32,000 nucleotides of DNA from Candidatus Saccharimonadota bacterium (GTDB taxonomy: Bacteria; Bacteroidota; Bacteroidia; Cytophagales; Amoebophilaceae), in NCBI RefSeq assembly GCF_964030745.1, contig NZ_OZ034918.1, positions 600,001 to 632,000 of the forward strand. The letters run 5' to 3'. Below, in pieces: positions 17,445 through 24,937 of the stretch; positions within the stretch are counted from its first letter, which is position 1, and each line of letters starts with the position of its first letter. Position numbers and translations under genes: made by a program. Below the pieces are notes generated by a model. That model worked only from the letters and a program-made list of their open reading frames with translations. It searched no databases and was not told the origin of the DNA.

Positions 17445-18032
17445 ATGAAAGTAATAGAGATTCTAGGGTATAAAAGAGCAAATCTCGGTAAAGCTGAGTC
17501 TAAGAAACTAAGAGTAGCTGCACAGGTTCCAGGTGTATTATATGGCGGAGCAGAACAAATACATTTTTATGTACCTATGGTTTTCTTACGTGATTTGGTC
17601 TACACACCTCATGCCCATTTTGTAGATTTAAATATCGAAGGCGCTGTATACAGATGTATTCTGCAGGAAATGCAATTCCACCCTGTAAGTGAAATGATGT
17701 TGCACGTAGACTTTTTACAAATCTTTGATGATAAGAAAATTAAAATGCAGATTCCTACTGCATTTGTTGGTAAAGCCGTAGGTGTGGCCAAAGGAGGGGT
17801 GCTCTCTAAAAAGCAAAGGAAACTAACGATTGCTGCCTACCCTAAGGATATGCCGTCGATGATCGATATCGATGTTGCTGATCTTGATTTAGGGCAAATC
17901 GTACGTGTCCACCAAATACCGGTAGGAAACTATACAATTTTAGCATTGCCTAATACACCAGTGGCCTCTATTGAAATTCCAAGGGCATTGCGTAGTGCAG
18001 CTAGTAAAGAGGAAAAAAAAGGTAAGCAATAG
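17445..18032 (+). CDS. rplY: 50S ribosomal protein L25, Ctc (long) form
   Basis: 195 aa; R.NLGKAESKKLRVAAQVPGVLYGG...HF is a typical L25/Ctc N-terminus. It lies immediately upstream of pth, the conserved gene order. Confidence 0.9.
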   Translation: MKVIEILGYKRANLGKAESKKLRVAAQVPGVLYGGAEQIHFYVPMVFLRDLVYTPHAHFVDLNIEGAVYRCILQEMQFHPVSEMMLHVDFLQIFDDKKIKMQIPTAFVGKAVGVAKGGVLSKKQRKLTIAAYPKDMPSMIDIDVADLDLGQIVRVHQIPVGNYTILALPNTPVASIEIPRALRSAASKEEKKGKQ

Positions 18033-18075
18033 TAGGCGCAAGAGTAGTATATCCCCTTAGCGTCTCACATAGGCT

Positions 18076-18648
18076 ATGAAGTTATTATTGATTGGGTTAG
18101 GTAATATTGGTGTAGAATATGTGCATACTAGGCATAATGTTGGTTTTTTGATAGTTGACTATCTAGCCGCTCAGCAAAAAGCTTCATTTCGATTAGGCCG
18201 CTTGGCCACTACTGCTGCTTTCACCTACAACAATCATCAAGTCTATATGGTTAAGCCTACAACCTATATGAATGATAGTGGAAAGTCGGTTCGGTATTGG
18301 TTACATCATTTAAAAATACCAGTCGAACAAAGCCTGACAATTGTAGATGACATTACACTTCCTTTCGGTAAGATGCGTCTGCGTCCCAAAGGGGCTGATG
18401 CAGGCCATAATGGTCTAAAAAGCATTGCCCATGCTTTGCATTCAGATCACTATCCACGTCTTCGAGTGGGTATTGGGAATGACTTTCCTAAAGGAGGGTT
18501 GTCAGATTTTGTATTAAGCGATTTTAATACAAAAGAACTACAAGAGCTAGGGGGTCACTTAGATAGGGCGTGTCAAATATTGATGGCTTGGTGCAGGGGG
18601 GGTATTGTGCATGCTATGAACCAGTTTAACGCAAAAGAGGTTGAATGA
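18076..18648 (+). CDS. pth: peptidyl-tRNA hydrolase
   Basis: 190 aa; LIGLGNIG.EY..TRHNVGF, YMNDSGKSV, DDI.LPFGKMRLRPKG...GHNGLKSI. Confidence 0.93.
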   Translation: MKLLLIGLGNIGVEYVHTRHNVGFLIVDYLAAQQKASFRLGRLATTAAFTYNNHQVYMVKPTTYMNDSGKSVRYWLHHLKIPVEQSLTIVDDITLPFGKMRLRPKGADAGHNGLKSIAHALHSDHYPRLRVGIGNDFPKGGLSDFVLSDFNTKELQELGGHLDRACQILMAWCRGGIVHAMNQFNAKEVE

Positions 18649-18659
18649 TCAAGGAATGC

Positions 18660-18989
18660 GGCCACAATAGCTTTTCTGACCATTATCAGCCCTGCATCTC
18701 TTTCGATAAAAAAATGGTGCTCTAGTAAAACACTAACAGGTGAGCGATATGTTTTTTAGCTCCCACCCACACCGCGGGTTATACCCAACAGTGTGGGTTA
18801 TACCCAAAAAAGAAACTTCATAGAATATAGAGTGAAGTTTCTTAGAAGCGGATTAGAAAATCGTCTGTGTGAAGCACGCGTAGCGGGCTGAGTTCACGAT
18901 TTTCCCGCTGAAAAAGATATCGATTCAGCTATTTACTATCGGGCCAGACTTTTTATCGAAGGAGATAAGGGGGGGCAGCCACAGGCGTG
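18660..18989. repeat. family-B MITE-like element, copy B2 (left terminus degraded, 88-bp nested insertion at 18761-18848)
   Basis: It matches 29372-29642 across ...cattatcagcc...tcgataaaaaaatggtgctctagtaaaacactaaca...gcggattagaaaatcgtctgtgtgaagcacgcgtagcgggctgagttcacgattttcccgctgaaaaagatatcgattcagctatttactatcgggccagactttttatcgaaggagataagg...ccacaggcgtg. Confidence 0.75.
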
Positions 18990-19042
18990 TAATGAAGTTC
19001 CTTAAAAAACTAGAAAAAATGCGTTTTCAACCACAGTGCTGA

Positions 19043-19093
19043 GTAAAAAAATAAGATAAATTCCTTAAGTTGGCGCCATTGCTTGAACAGATA
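19043..19093. repeat. about 50-bp conserved module C (second copy at 29653-29702)
   Basis: gtaaaaaaataagataaattccttaagttggcgccattgcttgaacagata here, versus gtaaaaaataagacaaattccttaagttggcgccattgggtgaacggata at the other site. Both lie shortly after a family-B element. Confidence 0.7.
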
Positions 19094-19142
19094 TAGATGC
19101 TGTAGCAGGATCACAATAGACACGGCCATCTCTTTATTTGCT

Positions 19143-22100
19143 TTGAAAAAGATAGACAAAGTTTTTAATAAAATTAAAAAATGGTGTTTAAAACCATTGA
19201 GAAATGTACTCCTCTCCCTGGCTATATTACTAGCGGTGATGCTGACTTTGCTGCACCTACCTCCAGTACAGCAACAGCTGCTTCGTAGCATAAGCAATTA
19301 TTTGTGCCAAACAACCCATTACCACATTAAATGTGATGCACTCCGGATTACTTGGTTGCGTCACATTGCATTGGAGGGGCTAACCGTTACAGATCCTCAA
19401 GATAAGCCGCTATTTACCATTCATGCATGTAAAAGTAGGCTGAATCTATTGAGTTTACTTTTGCTAAAGCGTAATATGATCGATTCTGTTTCAGTTACTG
19501 GAGGAGCATTGTACCTGGAAAAAGATAAGGAACAGGCTTTTAATATGGCCACTTTCTATGCTAAGGCGATTTTACCCTTTGTACCAGAGGCAGATTCAGA
19601 TCTATATATCAACAAGATTCAACTGCATGGCATCAACCTATGTTACCATGATCCAATAAATAGACAAGCGGTCAAAATAGAAAACATACATCTATCTATA
19701 AGCCATTTCTTATCCTCTTCGGGGCGTTATGCAGGCCACCTCACCAACTGCTCTTACCAAGAAACAAGTGCCCTACCGCTGGTATGGAAAAACCTGATCA
19801 CCCAGTTTAGTATTACATCGCATAGTATAATGCTCAAAGATTGTCATTTGATTACAAATCATAGCAACCTGCAAGGTGATTTCATACTAAAAAACACCAA
19901 ACAACTTCCCCTTGTTGCTAGTAAAGAAAACATTCTATTGGAAGCAATATTTCGCAAAACAGTACTATCATCAATTGAATTAACTAAGTTTTTAGATTTT
20001 TTTAAAGGATCCCATGCGTTATATAAACTAGACGGTGCAGTTTCTTTAACCCCTCATGCGGTGGCATGGAAAAACTGTACACTAGCTTTTGGAGATAGCT
20101 ACCTTGAGGGTACAGGCTGCTATAATGGTGTCGATGCCGATATTTTGGTAAAGACTGGTAAAGTCTATATGCAGGACCTGGAGCAAAAGCCAGCAATATG
20201 CCCAACGCAATTGCAATACATCGGCATAACAAATAGTACATTTGTTGGTAATATCCAAAAAGCCAAATTAATAGGGGATATTACGACTAATATAGGTGAT
20301 ATACAAACAGATCTGGTGTTACGTGATGTAGGGAAGCCCACACAAGATTTAACCGGTACCCTAACCTTGCATAAACTGACTATGGATGCTGTGTTGCCAG
20401 CTCTTCCCATTAAATCCCTTTCGGGAAAAGTTGTGATCAAGAAAGCACAAGGCTGCCACTTGAATACCCTGGATGCAGTAGCCCATCTAACAGAAATCGC
20501 AACCAACCATTATAACTATAAACAGGTAGAAGCTTCCTGTATGGCTGCTAATGCAATAGTTGGCTTTAAGCTAAATAGTAAAGATCCTAGTGCAAAGTTA
20601 GCTATAGCCGGCAGTTATCATATGGCTAAAGGGTTACAGGCAGATGGCATCATAGAAAAGATCTGCCTAGAAAAACTTGGTTTTGTGCGGGAACCCTTAT
20701 CGGTGAATACAAAATTTTCATTAAAAATCAGAGATATATTCAATAAACGTCCGCGAGGAGAAGTGGTTTTAAACCAATGCACCATTCAAGGAGTGGAAAA
20801 AACAATAACCTGTAAACAGATCGCACTACATGCTATAGAACATGCAAACAAAGATATACTAACCCTTACCTCTCCACTGATAGACTGTAGGTTGCAAGGA
20901 GTATTTACCCTACACGACTTAGTCCATCACATTAAGCATCTCATTGCACGGTTTAAAAATCCAGTAGGTGGTTGGGCCACTTCCCCTGCTAGGTTGCATC
21001 TAGACTATGCCATTAACTGCAAAAAGATAGATTCAATATCTAATTGGTTTTTAGATGATTTATATATACCCCCTGCTACAACCTTTTCGGGCCATTTTGC
21101 CTATAATAGAGACTATGATTTTTCCTTTCATCTACCTGTCACATCAACTGTCCGTTTTAAGAAGTTTAGATTGGATAAGATCAAAATGGACTTGAATGTA
21201 GGTCATCTCATGAATGAAAAACAGCGATTGATTCGGTTATATATTGCTTCAGATCATCAAGATTGGCACCAAACATTTCAAACAGATCACTTATACCTTC
21301 AGTTGCTTATGGATAAAGATAAGTTTACCATTTCCAACAAGGTAGCTCATCATGATGGTGATCTCTCTCTAGCGTGTTCTGGCACCCTTATTGATGATGT
21401 GATGCGGGTTGATCTGCTCCCTTCTAAGCTAACGATCAAAGAGAAAGTATGGACCATACAAACAGAGCGTAGTAGTTTTATGTCCAAGTCGGAAATAGCC
21501 ATTGGGAATTTATCTATAAAGAGCGGGCAAGAGGCTATTTGTGTAGGGGGGCACCTTACGCAATCGGCAACAAAAAATCCCTTGAAATGCACCATACGCC
21601 ACCTTGCATTAAACTATCCTTCAACAGTAGGGCCCATTAAAGGTATACTAGACACGAAACTAATAGTCCACCGTCAAAAAGATCAGTTCATAGCAACCGG
21701 TAGGTTAAGTCTACAAGAAGCTACCATTCAGGACTATGCTGTAGGTACCTTGTCTACAAAGGTAGGCTGGAATCTATTAGAAAATAAATTGGTTTTAAAA
21801 GGAATGCTGCAAAAGGAGGGTAAGCAATTGCTCCAAATAGATGGCTGTTATCATCTCTTCAAATCTTCTGATAACCTATCCCTTACCACTACATTTGACC
21901 AAATGGATTTGGACTTATTAAATCCTTTATTTGCAGCTGTTTGTTCGGATATACATGGAAAGCTAAGCGGCCAATTTCACTTAACAGGCAAGCTCACTGC
22001 ACCTAAGCTAAATGGCAAGGGCGTAATAGATCAAGGAACATTTAAAATTAACTATTTAAACACCGCTTACCAAGTGGCTGGAGCCATTAAAATCCGAGAT

Positions 22101-23393
22101 AATCGTTTATATGTGCACCAGCTTGCGCTTCGTGATGAGGCAGCCGGCCATGCCACTTTATCTGGCCATATGGTGTTGCAAAATGACTTCCCTCTAATGG
22201 TTACAGGGCATATGGAAACATTCCACCTATTGCACACTACTCGAATGGACAACCCAGACTTCTATGGCGATGTATACGCCACTGGGGCTTTGCAAATGCA
22301 AGGGTCTATCTATGACCTGCTCCTTAAAATGAAAGTCACAACTGATAAAGGAACTTTTACCATTGTTGCGCATGATAAAGAAGATATAGAGAACGCTACA
22401 AAATTGGTAGAATTTGTTTATAACAAAGCAAAAAAGCAACCAGATAATATCCCTGAACATGAAGATAAATCAGCCATTAAACTGATCCTTGACTTAACCA
22501 TACAACCTACCATAAAGGCGCAGGTATTATTTGGCTCTTATAATAATAAAGATGATGTTTTAGAAGGCCAAGGGACGGGAGCAATCCAAATAGAAGTAGG
22601 CACCAATCGAAAGCCATATGTAATGGGGGGCTATCTCTTTCAAAGTGGTACCTACACCGTTTCTGTATATAATTTAATTCAAAAAACATTTACCATTTCA
22701 CCTAATAGCCAGGTCAATTTTAACGGTTACCCCCAAGAAGGGATTGCACATATTGACGCCTCGTATAAACAGACTGCTTCTATATCAGAACTCTATCCCC
22801 AAAGTAATGATAAACGACCGATTCCAGTAGAAATTGCCCTTTCTGCATATGGCAGCTTAGCCCATCCACATATTGCTTATCAGCTTTTTTTTCCCGTAAA
22901 AAGCATGGACTTTGACCTGAATACTGCTTTAGAGGAATGTGCCTCGAAAGCGGTATTAGACAAAGTCTACCTCAATAAGCAGATTCTAAGCTTATTAATA
23001 GCTAAAAAAGTCTATAATGAGAAACAAATAGATGGGTGGGATGCATTAAGGAATAGTCTAAATGATTTTCTTTCTCAAAGCATACAAAACTGGGTATCTA
23101 AAATAGATGATCACCTAGAAGTAGAAACCGATTTAGGAATCAATCAGTCTGAACGTCAGAAAGAAAATATATTTCAAAAAACCAGCATTAAAGTAAGCTA
23201 TTTATTGCTATCCGAACGGCTTAAACTTTCCAGTACAGTGGGAGGGCGCTCCCGTTTTATCAATGATTGGGAAATTGCCTATCGGATTTCAAGAGCCCAT
23301 AATATGCATGCCAAGCTTTATCAGCAACCCTTTCATGGTACGTTGAGTCTAGCGCTTTTTGGTATAAGCTTTGCGTACACTAAGAAATTTTAG
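19143..23393 (+). CDS. tamB: TamB-like translocation and assembly module protein (AsmA/DUF490 family giant envelope protein); non-ATG start (TTG 19143 or TTG 19083)
   Basis: About 1416-1436 aa. A single N-terminal anchor helix (LRNVLLSLAILLAVMLTLLHLPPVQQQL, typical of the TamB N-terminus) is followed by a long beta-rich body. The C-terminal region (...KVSYLLLSERLKLSSTVGG...WEIAYRIS...) resembles DUF490. No in-frame ATG lies upstream of the helix. Confidence 0.65.
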   Translation: MKKIDKVFNKIKKWCLKPLRNVLLSLAILLAVMLTLLHLPPVQQQLLRSISNYLCQTTHYHIKCDALRITWLRHIALEGLTVTDPQDKPLFTIHACKSRLNLLSLLLLKRNMIDSVSVTGGALYLEKDKEQAFNMATFYAKAILPFVPEADSDLYINKIQLHGINLCYHDPINRQAVKIENIHLSISHFLSSSGRYAGHLTNCSYQETSALPLVWKNLITQFSITSHSIMLKDCHLITNHSNLQGDFILKNTKQLPLVASKENILLEAIFRKTVLSSIELTKFLDFFKGSHALYKLDGAVSLTPHAVAWKNCTLAFGDSYLEGTGCYNGVDADILVKTGKVYMQDLEQKPAICPTQLQYIGITNSTFVGNIQKAKLIGDITTNIGDIQTDLVLRDVGKPTQDLTGTLTLHKLTMDAVLPALPIKSLSGKVVIKKAQGCHLNTLDAVAHLTEIATNHYNYKQVEASCMAANAIVGFKLNSKDPSAKLAIAGSYHMAKGLQADGIIEKICLEKLGFVREPLSVNTKFSLKIRDIFNKRPRGEVVLNQCTIQGVEKTITCKQIALHAIEHANKDILTLTSPLIDCRLQGVFTLHDLVHHIKHLIARFKNPVGGWATSPARLHLDYAINCKKIDSISNWFLDDLYIPPATTFSGHFAYNRDYDFSFHLPVTSTVRFKKFRLDKIKMDLNVGHLMNEKQRLIRLYIASDHQDWHQTFQTDHLYLQLLMDKDKFTISNKVAHHDGDLSLACSGTLIDDVMRVDLLPSKLTIKEKVWTIQTERSSFMSKSEIAIGNLSIKSGQEAICVGGHLTQSATKNPLKCTIRHLALNYPSTVGPIKGILDTKLIVHRQKDQFIATGRLSLQEATIQDYAVGTLSTKVGWNLLENKLVLKGMLQKEGKQLLQIDGCYHLFKSSDNLSLTTTFDQMDLDLLNPLFAAVCSDIHGKLSGQFHLTGKLTAPKLNGKGVIDQGTFKINYLNTAYQVAGAIKIRDNRLYVHQLALRDEAAGHATLSGHMVLQNDFPLMVTGHMETFHLLHTTRMDNPDFYGDVYATGALQMQGSIYDLLLKMKVTTDKGTFTIVAHDKEDIENATKLVEFVYNKAKKQPDNIPEHEDKSAIKLILDLTIQPTIKAQVLFGSYNNKDDVLEGQGTGAIQIEVGTNRKPYVMGGYLFQSGTYTVSVYNLIQKTFTISPNSQVNFNGYPQEGIAHIDASYKQTASISELYPQSNDKRPIPVEIALSAYGSLAHPHIAYQLFFPVKSMDFDLNTALEECASKAVLDKVYLNKQILSLLIAKKVYNEKQIDGWDALRNSLNDFLSQSIQNWVSKIDDHLEVETDLGINQSERQKENIFQKTSIKVSYLLLSERLKLSSTVGGRSRFINDWEIAYRISRAHNMHAKLYQQPFHGTLSLALFGISFAYTKKF

Positions 23394-23396
23394 TAG

Positions 23397-24020
23397 TCAA
23401 TTGATCGTTGTATTGGTTGTGCTGCTTTTCGGATTTGCAACTGTTTGAATATATGCTAAGACCTCTTCTATGCCCAGTTTATTGTGTGCAGAAACACTAA
23501 AGATGGGTGGAAGCGTTGCCCAGTCTTGTTGCAGCATATGGGTTAGCGCCATATGGTGTTTTTGGGCCACCATTTTATGTTTTTTGTCTGCTTTTGTAAG
23601 TATAATAGCAAAAGGAACATGGTGTACACCCAACCAATGTATGCATGCAAGATCAATCGCTTGAGGTGGAATTTTTGCATCAAGCAATACAAAAACAGTA
23701 ACCATATTGGGCCTATGCAAAAGGTACTCCCGTAACATTTTTCCCCATTTTATTTTTGTTGCATGCCCTACTTGTGCCCATCCATATCCTGGGAGATCTA
23801 CAAAATAGATCTGGTTATTCACTAAAAAATGATGAATCAGTTGTGTTTTTCCAGGCATTTTGGATACCCTAGCCAATTGTTTCCGCTGCAAAAGTGCATT
23901 AATTAAGGAGGACTTGCCTACGTTAGAACGGCCTATAAAAGCCACTTCTGGTTTGGTATCATGGGGGCACATTTTATAGTGTGTGTTGCTGGATACCAGA
24001 GCAATAGAATGGATTTTCAT
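23397..24020 (-). CDS. engB: ribosome biogenesis GTP-binding protein YsxC/EngB
   Basis: 207 aa; EVAFIGRSNVGKSSLINALL (G1), DLPGYG (G3), LTKADK (G4). Confidence 0.88.
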   Translation of the reverse strand: MKIHSIALVSSNTHYKMCPHDTKPEVAFIGRSNVGKSSLINALLQRKQLARVSKMPGKTQLIHHFLVNNQIYFVDLPGYGWAQVGHATKIKWGKMLREYLLHRPNMVTVFVLLDAKIPPQAIDLACIHWLGVHHVPFAIILTKADKKHKMVAQKHHMALTHMLQQDWATLPPIFSVSAHNKLGIEEVLAYIQTVANPKSSTTNTTIN

Positions 24021-24037
24021 ATATAATTTCTATTATT

Positions 24038-24183
24038 AGACCTTCTGCAAAAGCTATTTGTGATCAGCATTTTTAGGAGCATCGCAGTCGAGCATCGCAG
24101 CATACTAATACTAGATGTATTTGAGGAGCATAGACAAGCTTCGATACCAAAATTGCCATTAGCATAGCTTTTGCAGAAGGTCT
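24038..24183. repeat. family-A palindromic MITE-like element, copy A2
   Basis: It has perfect 20-nt terminal inverted repeats, AGACCTTCTGCAAAAGCTAT ... ATAGCTTTTGCAGAAGGTCT. It is flanked by direct ATT (24035-24037 and 24184-24186) and lies 17 nt upstream of the engB start codon. Confidence 0.85.
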
Positions 24184-24189
24184 ATTAAC

Positions 24190-24824
24190 CATATCTCCTA
24201 TGGCGCAAGTTAATGAAAAGAATGTTGTTTCGTACATCGTGAGGCCGTTGTTATAGGCCTGTAGTATAATTTTCGTTATGCTTCTAGCGTAGTAGTTGAT
24301 ATTTAATCTGACATTTGTTAATTTGTGTTGATATAAATAACGACTACTATTATGGCTAGGGGCTTTTGTGGTACTGACGGCCAAGACTAACCCTTCTTTA
24401 CTTTCCACAAGGATGTGTCTTTTATATGGAAACGGTCTCATTTTGATCCTTAAGTGCGTTAATTTCATCTTTATGTACACTAACAACCTTGAATGGATCA
24501 AAGACTGTGGAGGCATTCTCTAAAAACTGACGTTGCCAATTTTAAAGAGTTTAGCAAGCGGCAGATATTAGAATTGTGTAAATTGAATTAATAGCCCAAA
24601 AATGTGTGTGTGATATAGGTCCTGTAGTATATCAGTACGCATAAAACATTGTCCTGCAACGTTGTTACATGAGACTTTCTTCCATGGCATTGCTTCTGTT
24701 CTACGATTTTTTCTCAAGATGGACCTAGCCTCTTAATGACTTCTTCGAATTCTGAAACTGTTAAACCTGCCAATTGCCTAAAAACATGTGGTGTTTTGGA
24801 CAATCCTTGGAAATCTATTGACAT
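24190..24824 (-). pseudogene. decayed DDE transposase (HTH_Tnp_4 + DDE_Tnp_4, IS5/Harbinger-like type)
   Basis: The minus-strand reading from ATG 24824 is MSIDFQGLSKTPHVFRQLAGLTVSEFEEVIKRLGPS*EKIVEQKQCHGRKSHVTTLQDNVLCVLIYYRTYITHTFLGY*FNLHNSNICRLLNSLKL. Another frame then gives RPFPYKRHILVESKEGLVLAVSTTKAPSH. These resemble the LTGL..EF, L.YLR.Y.T...LG and KKKRHT.K......G.I.....G..HD motifs, but there are in-frame stops, a frame change and a missing C-terminal half. Confidence 0.55.
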
Positions 24825-24881
24825 ATTTTATATTGTAAAGTATGTGTAATACAATTTTTATTATAATCATGCAACTAGTAC

Positions 24882-24902
24882 CTAGCTTTTCGCAGAGGGT
24901 CT
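24882..24902. repeat. solo family-A terminus (right-end orientation)
   Basis: ctagcttttcgcagagggtct compares with ATAGCTTTTGCAGAAGGTCT and is again followed by ATT. It lies 57 nt outside the transposase remnant start and 35 nt upstream of the ankyrin gene ATG. Confidence 0.65.
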
Positions 24903-24937
24903 ATTAATGTTTATTATGAAATTGATCCATACATTTC

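Noticed and set aside
19010-19297. 95-aa minus-strand ORF upstream of and overlapping the TamB-like start
   Set aside because: It is antisense to the TamB-like N-terminal anchor region and to repeated module C. It has no supporting features.
172-23393. The Omp85-family gene and the TamB-like gene as a TamA-TamB operon
   Set aside because: They are about 16.6 kb apart on opposite strands with many unrelated genes between them, so nothing in this window supports a functional pairing.
24073-24516. 147-aa ORF predicted as an intact gene
   Set aside because: It is a chimera of a transposase fragment (KRHILVESKEGLVLAVSTTKA...) and read-through into the family-A repeat. It is treated as part of the pseudogene at 24190-24824.
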